Source: Hemiscyllium ocellatum (lineage: Eukaryota). From it: 64,000 bases of DNA. Below are positions 13,013 through 27,370 of this stretch, piece by piece. Numbering within the stretch: position 1 is the stretch's first letter; each line of letters opens with the position of its first letter. The stretch lies in assembly GCF_020745735.1 (NCBI RefSeq), contig NW_026867508.1:124001-188000 (forward strand). Reading direction: 5' to 3'. Below the pieces are notes generated by a model. It saw only the letters and a list, made by a program, of their open reading frames with translations, had not been told where the DNA came from and ran no database searches. A program made the translations under genes and the position numbers.

Positions 13013-14619
13013 AAATACTACTGTTTAGCTTCCATTCTCATTATCACAAAAACAAATCTGTAAAAGCCTTTCAGCAATCTGACAATCCTAACTCTAGGTC
13101 AAACGCTTGCTGTCACCGAGCAAAGGTTATCTCCATTTAAGGTCACATTCTGCTCTTTCCCTTGACAGTTCAACATTCCCGTCCCTTACTAGGGCTTGTG
13201 AGTGATCTGTCAATTCTGATTAATTCTCCACAAAATTCCTAAAATAAATAAACATTCCTAAATTTTGCCTAACATCGTTCACAGAGTGCGTATGCTGTAA
13301 TTTTTGTATTGCATTCTGCTGGGATTATTTTTGCCTCCTTACTAAATTGATGTCCCAAATACTTCTCTGTTACTTCCTGTCTTCGCAATTGTACTTTTCA
13401 TGGAATAATTTGAAGCCTTGCCTGTCTGACTTGACTGGTTACTGTACTGAATTTTTCACCACCTGTGTCTGTCAGGATGTCATCTGCATACTGAAAGATT
13501 TTTAAGAAACAGTGCCAGTCAGGTACATTTGATTAACAATATCAGCCATATATCGATCAAGTCTGGCTAGACTATTGTGGAATTCCTGGCATTACCAGGT
13601 CCCTGAATTGCTTTCCTCAAACAGCAAATGCCAGCTTATTGTGGGGTTCCTTTTCCATAGGTACGAATCAGAAGTTGCTAACTATATCGAGAACAGAGGA
13701 TATATTCTGTTGCAATGTTAATCAATTAAATATAGTGGCATAGTTCGCTAACATAATACAGTCTTTAGTGGTATATTAGTTTCAGGAGGTATAAACAATA
13801 CTGAGGCGATGTGAACAGTCTGGCTCAATGACCGACTAAATATATTATCTAGCATGGCATTCTGTCAATTTAAGTGCTCCCTGCTTCTCTATACCAATCT
13901 GAATTTCTGCTTCGTTAGCCTATGTTGGGATACTGTTGAAGCAGTGGGAGGCTTGCAGGGCGGTGAAGGAGTTGGTGAGAGGGACCTCGATCTTTGTAGG
14001 TTTGACAGGTAACAACCCATTCCTGATCATCTTCTTCATCAAATTCTCATTGAAATCTAGTGCGCCTCATAACAATGAGTCTTCTGTGGCACTGAGTGTT
14101 TTCTCTTTCAAATTTGAAAGGATTGCAGATAATATAAATTAGAAACAAAAACGCAAGTTTCTGGATAAGCTCAGTAGGTCTGGCAGCATCTGTGAAGAGA
14201 ATTCAGAATTAACACTTCGGGGCAGTAGGTTCTTAAGACAGGCAGTGACTATAAGATGACAAAATTTACTTTGCAATTTGAGAGGGACAAACCGGAATCA
14301 GATGTAGCAGTATTTTAGTTGAACAAAGGCATCGACAGAGGGAGGAGCTGACCATAACTGACTGGGAGAGAAGACAAGTAAAAAGTGAGATCTGCAGAGC
14401 TGGAGATCACAGCTGAAAATGTGCTGCTGGTCAAAGCACAGCAGGTCAGGCAGCATCCAAGGAACATGAAATTTGATGTTTCGGTCCAGAGCCCTTCATC
14501 AGGAATTAGGACACAAACAGGAAAAACAGCGGAACAGCAATGGCAGGTTTTCTGGGAATAATTCAATAGTTCATTTCGAGAAAAACTAAGGGAAAGGGAG
14601 GACCAAGCAACCGTGACTG

Positions 14620-16540
14620 ACAATCAAATGAGAAATCACATAAGGTAGCGAAACTCAGCGGTAAACCAGAGGATTGTGACGTCTAAAATGACCAACAGAG
14701 GACACTGAAAATTGAAAAAAGGAGGGAGAAGATTAAATATGAGTTAGGTTAGCCAGTAATATAGAAGAAATGAAGAATGTTCTTAAATGTATAAAGGACA
14801 AAAGTGAGGCAAGAGTAGCTAACGTGCTGCTGTAAAATGAAGTCAGAGAAGGAGTAATGGGAAAGAAGAAATGGTGGAGAACCTAAAGAATTATTTTGCA
14901 TTGGTCTTCACGGTGGAAGACAGAAGGGTAATCTCAATAATCCAAGAGTGCCAAGAGGCAGAAGTGTATATGGTAGCCATATCCAAGACAAAGATGCGAG
15001 AAAATATGAAGATGGATAAATTACCTGGACCTGGTGGACTACAGGATGAATTCGGATGGAGAGAGCTGAAAAGGGAATAGAGACATTAGGAATGATCTTT
15101 CAGGAATCACTAGAAAAAGGGAAGGTTCCAGAGGACCCCAAAATCCCAAATGTAACTTCTGTCTTTAAGAAGGGTGTAAGGCAAGAGATTAGAAATTACT
15201 GGTTGAGTAGCCTGAAACCTTTGGCCACATTTTAGAGTCCATTATGAAGGATGGCACTTCTGAATATTTAGAAGTGCATGGTAAAATCGGGCAAAATCAA
15301 AATGGTTTCATCAACCATGCCTGAGAAATCTGTTAAATTCTTTTGAAATTCTAAGGAACAAGTTTAACCCCGAGAGAAAATTAATGATATCTAATTAGAA
15401 TTAGGAGTCCTCTGATAAGGTGCCACACAGGAGGCTATTGAATAAGATACGAGACCATATTCTAAATATGGTCTGACCGAAGTCTTATAAAGCATTAGAT
15501 ATACGCACTGCTCTTATGTTTGCATTCTCTAGAAATAAATGTTACAGGCTTGTTAATAGTATGTATAGAAGAGTGGCTGTCTGGCGAAAAGCAGAGACAG
15601 GGGATAAAAGAAGAATGGGAGCCAATGACCAGTGATGTTCTCAAGTGTCAGTGTTGGGCCAACAACTTTACACTTTACACATTAATGATTTGGGTGAAGG
15701 GACTGAAGGCAATCTAGCTAATTTTGCAAATGATACAAAGAGAGTTGTGTGAGCATGCAGTAAGGATTTAGGCAGGTTAGAAAAATGGGCAAAGAACTGG
15801 AAGATGGCACGCACGCAGAGAAGTGTGAGGTCACGCACTTTGGCTGGAAGAATAGAGGCACAGACAATTTTCGAAATGGCGTGGAAATTCCGAAAATTGA
15901 AATTCACAGGGTCTTGGGAGACCCATTCCAGGATTCTGTTTAGGGAAACTTGCACGTTGAGTTTGTCATAAGGAGGGAAAATGCAATGTTGGCGTTTATT
16001 TCTAGAGAATACAAATATAAGAGCAGCGCATATACCTAAGGTTTTATAAGACTCCGGTCAGACCACATTTAGAATATTGTGAGCAGTTATGGGTGCCCTA
16101 TTTCAGGAAGGAAATACTGGCCATGCAGTGTGCCCTGGAGAATGAACCAGGAATGTCACTTTGAACATATGAGGAAATCTGGGTCTCTATTCGAGAAATT
16201 TATAAGGATGAGTGGGGATCTAATTAAAACTTACAGAATACTGAACGGCCTGGACAGAGAGGATGTTGGGAAGTCGATTCCATTAACAGAAGAGACGTGT
16301 ACCCGAGGGTGGAGTCTTTATGTAAAGGCAAGAGTCTTCAGGATGTAGTTGAGGAGAAACATCTTCAGCCAGTGTTTGGTGAATATATGGAATTCGTTGC
16401 TAGAAAACTCTGTGGAGGCCAGGTTATTGAGTAATTTAAGGAAGAGTACTTTAGGTTTTTAATTTTGAAGAGGATCGAAGGTTCAGAGAGAAAGTGGAGA
16501 ATGTGGTTGAGAAACTTGTCAGCCATGGTTGCATAATGGA
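14620..16540 (+). mobile_element. Decayed CR1 LINE (RT region to 3' end)
   Basis: Remnants NYFALVFTVED, KMDKLPGPGGL, F.NDTK, DHI.NIV and DLIKTYRILNGLDR, broken by many stops and frameshifts. Confidence 0.85.
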
Positions 16541-19006
16541 GCACACTGGATAAGCCATTTCCTCAACTGCACAGTTCTTCGCTCATCTGTGTTTTTTTTT
16601 TCACTTTAATCACTTTTTGCTTCTGTAAAATTGGACTGTTCGCAACTGAATATTCCCAACTGAAAAATCACAGAAAGAGATAATCAGCCCTTGCATTGGT
16701 TTCGAAATTATATTTTCAACTGCAAAATTATCGGGATAAAGAGTGGTTAATTGTGGTTAATTGATCAGGATGAATATGTGAGTCAGTGTATGTAGTGGAC
16801 AGTAAAATTGGACACTCCGCTGAGGCTTGCAGCATCAGCCCCACGGTCATTTCCTGCCCCGTGCCTTCCAGTCATCACTGTCTTTTACTTTTCAACACAG
16901 GCTCTCCGGCTCTGAACTTCTTGCCAGTCAACTGCAGGTCTCTAATTAGAAACTGCAACTTTTACTAACTGATTCCTGGTAAATGGACGTCAACCCCTAG
17001 GACCTGATTTATAGCCCTTCGTTAATTACTGCAGAGGTGAAGAGCTGTTTTCTTCAATTCTAGACCACCTTGGTTGTCGGTATAGCCATGTTAAGAGTAG
17101 GAAGGGAGTTGAATGATTTAGATCCAGTAACGCTGACGGAACGGAGAGGTAGTTCCAACTCAGAATGGCACATTACATGCAGGGGTGTTTGTGGGTGGCA
17201 GTTTTCCAATCTATCCACAGCCATTTTCCATCCAGACAGTACCAATGTCTTACTGAACTGAGTCTGGCAGATTAGCTTTTTTGTATTTTATTTGTAATCA
17301 GCTTTTCGATTTCTTTTGACGAATTCACACAAAAGAAATAACTCTCAATTTCCCAACTGGGAATTTTATCCAGAAATAGGCGATGCAAGCTCTGAATCGT
17401 AACCCCGGAAAAAGGAGTGATCTTGACAATAACTCAGCATGTTGACTTGTACACCCTCTTCTGCTATATCTTATATCCCACATATTAATCATAAAGACAT
17501 TTATTTTCTAAATAAATGCTAAAACGTATCGAATTTTTTCTTGAAGCTTGAGATCAGAAGACATGAAAATTGGGGAATTAGATTCTATTAGATACCCTGC
17601 AGCGTGTAAACAGCCCATTCGGCCCAACAAGTTCACACCAACGTTCCGACGAGTAAACTGTTACATAAAATGAATTAAATGGAAGAAAAATGCAATCGAT
17701 ACTAGAAATCAAGGATAAACACAGAAACATCTCTAAAGAAGTAGAAGAACTGCCATCATCTGCAGAGAATGAAACAAAATTAATGTTTCGAGTTCAGTTG
17801 TACTTTCATTCAGAACACTTCTGAAGGGAGTCAAATCACACTTGAAACGTTAATTTTGTGGGCCAAATGTTCCTATTCATAATTATGACTTACACGGAAA
17901 AAAAATCAAATCATTGTCAACAGATTTTGAGTTGATTCATGAGTTTCTAAAACTCTGCAAATCAAATTGACCACGAGATTTTCATATAGATAGAGTAGCA
18001 AAATAGCAATCTGTTAGTTTCAGATGCAGACACGAATTTGAAGTGCCACTTCTGTTGACCTTAACACACACGAGAGAAAAGAAAAGCATCAAATCTAAAT
18101 TAGTTTGAAACAAAATAACAAAGATGTAAAAAACATTTAATTCAGGGAAGGAATTGAAATGAATTTGAGTGATTATGATGCAATTGGGAACAGACTGCTG
18201 ATGCTTGATTTGAATTAATTTGTTATTATCATATCTACTAAATTAATGGAAAAATTTGGTTTTGCATGCAATGGAGGCAGATCACAACATATGACTCACA
18301 TAGTGTGATTCATCAGAACGAGGAATCATTGTTACAGATGCAAAGGTAAGGCAGAAAAAACAAGATCTACATTTGATATTGTTAATTAACTAACAGTTCC
18401 TGGATTTTTCAAACTAATGCTGATTGCAGAGAACATAAACAGACATCAATACATCTGAATGAATCATTGATGAGGCAAATTGAAACGTTTGAACCAACTT
18501 TTTGATGTCTCCTTCTTAATAATGTTCCAGATTTTCAAATACATAGTAGCCATAGTTCCAAAACTATGAAAAATAAATGGATAAAGGAAAATGCATAAAT
18601 ACTAATACATTAATTAATCGGTTAACCAAAAAAATGAATAAACACATATATATTTATGTAATAGGTAGATAAATTAAGTGATAGGTAAATAGATACATGC
18701 ATACATACATACGTAGATAGATTATAAAGCACTGCCTGACAACACTTGGAGTCCTCAAGTTGTATTCAGAGACGCAAACTGTGGATTATTATCACATCTA
18801 AAACCTCTACAACTTCAGAAGTTGTCAATCGTTGAAATAGTAAACATCAGAGCTCAAGAATACTCCTTACAGTTAATGAGTACAAGAGCCTGCCCAGGAT
18901 CATTTCTTATTTTCGTTTGAGAGATACCATGATGAACTGTGCCTCTTTGATAAAAGAGAAAAGGCATCGGGAAATGTCTCTATTTTGTTATCGATGGAAG
19001 GTTTCA

Positions 19007-21506
19007 CTATGTAAAATTAGTGATAGTAGTAAAAGGACACATGAGCAGCTTTTTCATCTCTTCTCTAAATTTGGTCTGGGAAACCACATAAATGAAGACA
19101 TTGTTGCAGGAACTAAGTATCTGTAGCATGTTCGTCGTTTCTCGAAGAATAATATCAGGGTTACTGGAATCCAAGCCGTTGAAGTAAAATTCACCTACCA
19201 ATTGCATGTAAAGGTGACGCCCCACATAAGTGGACCAAAGGAGGAGGAAACTGATTGAGATGGCAAAGAACAAGACAATGGATCTTTTGCGATTGGCCAT
19301 CTCAGGGTCTGCACGGTCATCTTCACCCCAAAGTCTTTTGCGGGCTCTGCTAGCTTCTAAGATGTGTATTACAGTTAATGTGTTGAGAAGCAGAATGAGA
19401 ACGAAAGGGAGAAGTGGTGTTAAAATCTGATCCAGCTTGTAGTAGACCTTCCAGAAGGGCGAAGTATAATAGATTGGTTTAATGTCGCAGAACCAGGGCA
19501 CCCCGTCCACAATGTACAGCGGCTGAGAGACTAAGTAGAAAGGGACCTTCTTGACACAGCTCAGAGAACAAATCGTTCCTATTACCAGAGTTGCAGTTTT
19601 CTTGGTGCAGTATTTGATCTTCAGCGTCTGACGGCTGATTGCCACAAAACGGTCAATGGTGAAAGCCACTGTCAGCCAGACAGAGACATCTCGTGCAGCA
19701 TAGACCATCATACTGGTGACTGTACACGCAGGGGTGGTGGACAGGATACTGTTTTTGAAGTAGATACCACCAATACGGTTGAGCACACAGCCAGCCATAA
19801 CGACAAGGAAGTCTGCTATTGTGATTGCCACGAGGTAAATTGTGATGCAGAGAGAGAGCCCACATTTTCTTTGACACAGGACCACAATCGCCAACAGGTT
19901 TGCTATAAGAACAGTAGAGATAGATATATGACAGAATGAATCCCAATCACCAGTTAATTACCCTACCTATTTCGTGACTGAAAACCTCAGCTCATCATCT
20001 TCGTACATCCTTTTATTACATCATGAGTCCTGCTATTGCAAAGTTGTTGGTTTTACTCAACATTCAGTCATGAATTAAACATTTGTACTTACGTTCTTCA
20101 GTCCAGTCGGGTCGATTGCAAATTTAGTTCTCTTTCCACTGAGTCAAATCGTTGCGAAGCTCGCCAGTTTAATCAAACACAAAATATTTTTGTCTTATCC
20201 AAATCTTTATTAATACTATCATCCATCTTTTCAAGGCAATATATTTGTTTCCTGTCTGACAATGCCGGAGTTTAATAATCCCAAGCTTTGAATTATCAGT
20301 TACAGCCAGAGGTAGGATCACTCCTCACACCGCAAAAGTCTCAATTTATCTGCAATTCGACAATATCGCGTTTCATACCTATCAATCAACCTATCAGTGG
20401 TTATATGTTTACCTGCAGATGTAATCTCTGGAAACCTTCTTCAATGTCGCCCCTCATTGTTCATCTTTCTCTTTTTTGCTTTAGGTTGTTCATTATAATC
20501 TAACATATTGTTCACAGCTGCACCAGCATGTGTACCTTATTCCTTATTGCTCTCCACATCATGGCTTGCTTGGTTATTTCAAACATCAGTTTATCATCAA
20601 CCAGGTTTCTGCCTCTCTGCTGCCACATATGGACAAGAGTCGGTAAAACAGTAACGTTTGTTCTTTCAAAGTGCATGAGTGAAGATGGTATTTGGTACCC
20701 ATCACACTAATTATATGGTCATCATTAGATTTTTCTTTGTTTTTAATGCCACACTCCTCTACGAAATGCAAATATGGTCAAATATCTCCAAATGACAACA
20801 ACAGTTTCATAACAAATTAAAATGTCTTATGAACACTCATAACTTGCATACAAATCCCGAAACAATTTCTGGCATAATATTGATGACACTACAAATTGGA
20901 AACGTATTAGTTTGTAATCATTACGTCCGTCCTTCAATACAAATTACTGTGATCATTGAATGTAGATTTAATTTGAGCTCGTCCACTACAACATTTACGT
21001 TCTAATAATGCATTTTGATTCGTGGTTTACGAACCTAAGATAGTAATTTCTCTACAAAACACGGAAAGCACCTCGTATGTTACCACATTGGAATTTAACT
21101 TGGCTTTTAACAAATTTACATTTTAATATTCATGCAAAAATATGTATTACAACGCGGATTTCAATTACATAACAAATGGAATTTCTAGAAATTGCTTATG
21201 AAACATTAGTTAATATCGTGCATTATTGCACAATAAAATTACAATTTCTCTGCATATTTAGCATAAAACTTTGTAACATATAATGCACCTGTGCATACGA
21301 TAGGCAGGTGCTGGCTCCTAACATGCAAGGAGCGCTGAAAGTTACACAATAATGTAGCCCACCACAAAATCTAAGATAGAACGCATTCGGTGATTTACAG
21401 ACATAAATGGTAACTTATCGGTGATTGAAGGCTTACCAAGGGCACCAATCACAGCGAGAACGGGATAACAAATGTTAAAGAAAGGGGCAATGACTGGCTC
21501 ATGCAT
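19007..21506 (-). CDS. Intact two-exon GPR139/GPR142-like class A GPCR, 321 aa (exon 1 21437-21506, intron 19903-21436, exon 2 19007-19902)
   Basis: Exon 1 (70 nt, MHEPVIAPFFNICYPVLAVIGAL) ends at a GTAAGC donor and joins in phase 1 to the acceptor TTCTTATAG|CAAACCTG, giving ...GALANLLAIVVLCQRKCGLS. The spliced ORF is 966 nt with seven hydrophobic segments, TM2 IADFL, TM3 AFTIDRF, ECL2 PWFC and TM7/H8 NVFIYVVSQTKFREE. The ORF track shows only exon 2. Confidence 0.88.
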
Positions 21507-22668
21507 CGTCTTTCAGAAGTTAAGGAAGTTCCCGAATCTGTAGTTACAGTTTATGCGAATTTCAAATCTTGCCTCATTTATTTTGAGCAAGAGTCTCCAA
21601 AGGGGCGATTCGTGAGCAACAAGCACTTTATCTACATTTCAATGAAAACCTAATTAACTGAAGTTTCCATGTTTTCAATTTGAAACCTTTTGACAAACGA
21701 CTGAATTGAACTCTGCCATTCCGCGTTGCCATTTACAATTAATTTGAAAGTTCCACTGATTGAATATGCTAAGTCATGATTGTATCGATATTGGAAAACT
21801 GGGTCTTCCCTCATTGCCATTTTTCAAATATGATGTGAATTTGCTTGCCATGTCAGTTTACATATTATTTTGACTGTGGAATGTTTTAATGTTTCATGCT
21901 GTAATCGAACCAACTCCGCACCAAATTCCATAAACAAGACTGCCACTGTTGTCCCATTGAACCAGCTTGTTCCTGCCCCACTGAACTACCTTGACTCAAA
22001 CCTCTCTCACGTGTTTGGATCCTGACTACCTGCATCCATGATTCATTTGATGTCTTTGGCCATTTTGTCACATCCTATTTGCCAGTCATAGCTGCCTTTT
22101 GTTCACCACGTTATTTCCCTCTACACATCCATTTCCCCACCAGGATGGACTGAGAGCTTCCAGCTTCTTAGTGCTCGAGAGCAATAAACACTCCCCATCC
22201 AACAGCAATTCCATTCGATTGGCAGAGCGTGCTCTATTAATGGCATGACTTTCTTCTTTCATAACAGTGGTTTCCAGGCTACTGTGTTTAACAGGGCCTT
22301 CAAAAGCAAAGCCCTTGTTCTCAATTTTCATCGCATAATTGTCCACATCTTGCAAACCTCCTTATTATGCTCATTTATGACATTCCCTCGAAGTGATCCG
22401 AAAGTCATTATGGAACTCAGTATGGTTTGAAGAGATTATATTTCCAACAACGTCATATCCGTGCTGCATTGGCTGTCGGCATTGTATAGTTGGGTAAGGG
22501 GCTGAATTATTGATTTTATATCTTTCAAGTGAGATTTGACACTTCCACATGATAATTCACGTGAACAAAATGAATTTCAGTTGAGCCAACAGGATCGAGA
22601 ACAAACAGCATAAAGAAGGAGAGAACAATGAAGTTTGGATGACGGTATTTGAAAATGTTATTTATTTC

Positions 22669-23779
22669 TCATAGTTTCATGGAAGGAATGACGGTGACAT
22701 TAGAACTGAATATCAGTTTTCTCGACTCTGCTCTGAACCTTTTCTTGATTACCAATTAGACACTATTGCAGGAGCTGTGTGCTGGGAAGATATTCATCTT
22801 CTCTGACAGGATTTACTGCGATCATTGAAATCCAGACCATTTATGTTGAGTTCATCTGGAATATGTGTGGAGTTTGCACATTCTCCCCGTGTCTGCGTGG
22901 GTTTCCTCCGGGTGCTCCGGTTTCCTCCCACAGTCCAAAGATGTGCGGGTCAGGTGAATTGGCCATGCTAAATTGCCCGTAGTGTTAGGTAAGGGGTATA
23001 TGTAGGGGTATGGTTGGGTTGCGCTTCGGCGGGTCGGTGTGGACTTGTTGGGACGAAGGGCCTGTTTCCACACTGTAAGTAATCTAATCAAATGTACGTA
23101 CCGATCATTTCCAGCATAACTGGTCTACTGAATGAGGAAGCTTAGAGAGATAGCGAAGTACAGAATAATTAATAACTTGTGGCTGGACAGCTCCGGGTCT
23201 TTGTGGTTATCATTTCAGAAACATCTCCTTCGGGTTTGGCTGACTGCAATGATATGTTTGACGATCACAGCATTAGAGTGCAGAATGAGGAGGAATCACA
23301 GACATGGTGTAGAAATGTGGTCCAGTTGTGGTCGCCCTGCCAGGCACGTGTCGTGTAAAAACTAGACCTGATACCAGAGAATCAGGCATGCTATTCAGGA
23401 TGTGTAAGAGTCTGGAATTGAGTTAGAAATTGACTTTCTTGATGCTGCTCAGTTGACAAACTATTCATTTGGCGAGCAGTGCAGTTTTCACCGTGCAGTA
23501 TCCGGTCTTCATTTTCTGGCAGCAAATATCCAGATAACGTTCAACAGTGAAGGCCACCATCAGCCACATACAACAATCCCGAATTACAATTACAAGAACA
23601 TTATTGACGATCTCCGAGGGAATGGTGAAACGGAAACTTGCAGGAATGTAAGTGCTTTTAATCCTGTTGATAATGACGACAGTGATGTTGACATGGAAAT
23701 CAATGACTGCATCGCCATTAGATAGCAGTTGATGCATTAGCATCGTGCCACAGATGACTTCCAATCATTAACAAATTCG
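22669..23779 (-). pseudogene. GPR139-like GPCR pseudogene (exon 2 remnant) interrupted by a SINE
   Basis: Acceptor TTTTGTCCAAG|CGAATTTG, then YLMAM, RDCCMWLMVAFTVERY, ICCQKMKTGYCTVKTA, LILHSNAVIVKHI, DPELS, ILYFAISLSFL, NGLDFND and KFRAE-like segments. Contains stops and frameshifts. Exon 1 was not found. Confidence 0.82.
22864..23089 (+). mobile_element. 5'-truncated HE1/V-SINE-like element inserted between TM6 and TM7 of the GPCR pseudogene
   Basis: Well-preserved core TGTGTGGAGTTTGCACATTCTCCCCGTGTCTGCGTGGGTTTCCTCCGGGTGCTCCGGTTTCCTCCCACAGTCCAAAG and an AATCTAATC tail. GPCR similarity resumes on both sides. Confidence 0.9.
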
Positions 23780-25429
23780 CTTGGACAAAAAAGGGACATT
23801 ACTGAGCTGACATCAAACAGCAGATATTACCTCAGCGAAATCTGATTGAAACCCTCCTAATATTTTACTTTCAAACGTTCCAATTCTGATCATTCCAAGC
23901 CTAACATCTATTGCCAGCATTCAATTGTGGATTAAACAATTGTGAATGAGTCACTTCAATCAGTCAATGCCAAAAAAAACTCTGCTCGTTGCCACTGAGT
24001 GAATTCCGCTATTCCAACTATTGTGTGTAACACAAACATAGACAAATTGTGGTCCATCCTATCTTTATCAAGATCCATTCAGCAACAAACAGTTTGTTAA
24101 GTGAATTGCATTTACTTGTGATGTGATCATCTCAGTCTCAATAACCGCTTCTATCGAATTTCCACGTATCTCGATAGTCGTGACTTTCCTGACCTTGTTC
24201 ATTTTTCAGTGACCACGAAGTTTGGCCAACCTACAATTGTAGAATTTTGACTAACCCTGAAATTAAGTGTCCCACCTGTGCCCTTAGGTATCAAGATCTT
24301 GATCTCTGGAAATTCATTCTTCAAGCGGTCAGAATTGTCTACTTTCTTAAAGATGTTCTGATAATTCTAGTTGGTTGACCAAAATTTGTGTCAATAACGC
24401 CCTGATATTTGATCTCGTTTGTTATCAGATATCTTGGCAATGCTGCTGGAACGCATCTCCACAATTTGAATTCAGTGATCGAAGAAGGAGGTCGAACTTT
24501 ACTTTCACGGATGGAATGTAGAACTAAGCAATACACTGCGACTTTCTTGGAGACATCGGAGTTATGAATTAAATACAGAAGTGAACGATTCGATCGTTGA
24601 ATCCTAATCCATGATTTTAGAAGAATAAAGCTGATCTGTTTGTGTTTCAGATTCCTCATGTCTGTCGATCTGCAATAGCACTCAATTCCCTTGTCTGGCA
24701 AGAATCGTTTTGTCTCAGCCTTAAAATAATATTCAATAACCCGCATTCACGTACTTACGTGGCAGATTTCCGAATTCGCATAACCATCTGAGAGAAAAGT
24801 AAACTCCTCTCGTGTATCCTACAAGAGAATTTCGAATTTGGAAAAAAAAGTAACCGTTCGTTCTGGGTTCGGACCCACGAGTCACTGTTGTTAATGAGTC
24901 CAACTTGTCGAGAAAATTTGGGATTTTATGCATTTCAATTATATGATTTCTGGCTCTTCTGAACACTAGTCACTAATGTATAAGAAATACAACTACCCAA
25001 TTGTAACAAAACCGATGAGCCAAAAAAAAAGAGAAAATGCAATACAGAATAAATGCCATACATATTCATTTGAATCTTTCAAACTTTTCTGCAATCATTT
25101 GCTCTGATCAAATGAATAATGCGTACAATTCACTGGAAACTTACTATACTGCAGTTACCAAAACGGACATTCCTGTAATGAATGAATTTTTCTTTAATTT
25201 TATAAAATAATTACGAGTAAATATGAACCGTACAAATTAGTACTTCAGCATTATCATAAAAACAGTGCAAGAAATTAGCCGTAGTAAATTATGATAAGCT
25301 ATAATTCAACACAACACTAAGTGAAGCAGGTTGTGTCTTGCTAATTATAAGATAATTGAGATACAAACAACGTAACAATGACATTCTTGCAACACCATGT
25401 ATTATAATTCATACTTCATAGAATGAGAG

Positions 25430-25970
25430 AGTTGTAGAGGCATAGAGTCATAAAGCAAGGAAACAGACCCTTTGACCAGTCTATGCCGAACATAATCTCA
25501 AAATAGCCAACTCTCACGTGCCTGATCCTTGTCATTATCTCATCAAGCATTGCCTACTCATGTTAGAATCCAAAAGACTTCCAAACGTTGTATTTGTAAC
25601 TACATCGAAAACTTAATTTGGAAGTTCACCCCAGGCATGTGTCATCCTCTGTGTGAATGATTTGCATCTGATCTATTTTTAAACTGGTCTCCTTTCTCCT
25701 TAAAAATAGGCGGTCTTTTCTTCAAAACGCCCATCCAAGGGAAAAGACAACTACCATTTGCTGTATCTATTTATTTCATGTTTTAAAAAAATCTAAACTT
25801 CTATTTTATCGCCTTTCAAGCTCCTATGCAACACTGAAAAATATCCTAACCCATCCAGCCTTTATTTATAATTCAAACCTTCTGTACCCGGCAACATCAT
25901 GGCAAATATCTTCTGAATCCTCTCCAGCTTGATAGTATTCTACATATAACTGGGGTAAGATCTAACTGTA
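25430..25970 (-). mobile_element. Decayed CR1 3' fragment
   Basis: The plus strand begins CATAGAGTCATA (the reverse-complemented tail), followed by degenerate antisense CR1 RT C-terminus and 3' UTR. Confidence 0.7.
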
Positions 25971-26904
25971 CAGGGTCACAAGCCGAAGATTACCCTGTAA
26001 CGCTTCAAAAAAAAGATATCCAACGCAAAGATCTGTAATTTATCATTGCAAATTGTTACATTTTGGAACAGTCACATTAGATTTGAGTTGGTTTTGCCAC
26101 ATACACAGCCAGGTTCAAAACACGTAATACGACCAAATATCTGTGAGGTGACCAAGCGTATGGATTAGGGCAGGACAGTTGATTGATTTCAGCCGAGTAT
26201 TTGAAGGCGCTACTCGTAAGACTGATATAGAAGGTCAAGGCATATATGATCCTGGGTAGCTAGGTAAGTTGGAGAAAATATTGGTTTAAAGGTAGAAGAC
26301 GGGTAGCAGAATGCTGTTTGTGTTACTCTACGCCAGTGTTCAGAGGCAAAAATCAGAGCCAGAATCTGCTGTTTGTAACGTATATGCAAACCAACTTGAA
26401 GAAAATTTTGTAGGAGCATGAGTCGGGGTGGTCGATGGATGATGATAAATTTGACCCTTTTAAAAATCCATTCGATGAGATGTGGAAAATCATAACATTC
26501 AAAGCTTTGAGTCAAAAATTGGAAAGTGGGACTCTAGCAGGTTTCATGCAGCTTTTGTGTTATTACTTGTTATATTCGCCAACACACATATTCTATAGTC
26601 CAAGATTATTTGATCTTTTCCTCGGATCTGATACGAATATGTATTGACCAACTATGACAATGAAAATCGAATAACTGATCTCGACCAGAGGGGTCAGTTT
26701 AACTACAAGTTATATTCGATTATCCGTCATCTAAATAGCTTACCCTGCAATAATAGGGATCAGTTCCCGATCCTAAAAGGAATCAGTCACACCCCACATC
26801 GATTCACTGACAACAATCTCATAAAAAAATTACTGTCAGAAATCGTCAGCACTTATGAAACTCAAGACTTTAACAGCGACATCTCAGTTTTATAGACAAT
26901 TGAC

Positions 26905-27370
26905 AATAGAGAATAGGTGCAGGTGTAGGCCATCTGCCCTTTGAGCCAGCACCGCCATTCATTATGATCATGGCTGATCATCCTCAATCCGTTTCCTGTT
27001 CTTGCCTTATTCCCATAAACCTAGATTCCACTCTCCTTAAGACTTCTATCCAATTCTTTCTTGAATGTACTCAGAGACCTGACCTCCACAGCCTTCTGGG
27101 GCAGAGCATTCCACACACCCACCACTCTCTGGGTTAAGAAGTTTCTCCTCAACTCTGTTCTAAATGGCTACCTTTTTTTTACTGTGTCCTCTGGTTCGGG
27201 AATCACCTATCACCGGAAACATGCTTCCTGCATCCAGAGTGTCCAATCCTTTAATAATCTTATACGTCTCAGATCCCCTCTCAGCCTTCTAAACTCAAGG
27301 ATATAAAAGCCCAGACGCTCCAATCTTTCAACGTAAGATAGTCCTGCCATTCCGGGAATTGACCTCGTGA
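26905..27370 (-). mobile_element. CR1 3' fragment
   Basis: ORF 27061-27306 (STAFWGRAFHTPTTLWVKKFLLNS) is the antisense of the CR1 ORF2 C-terminus. Confidence 0.82.
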
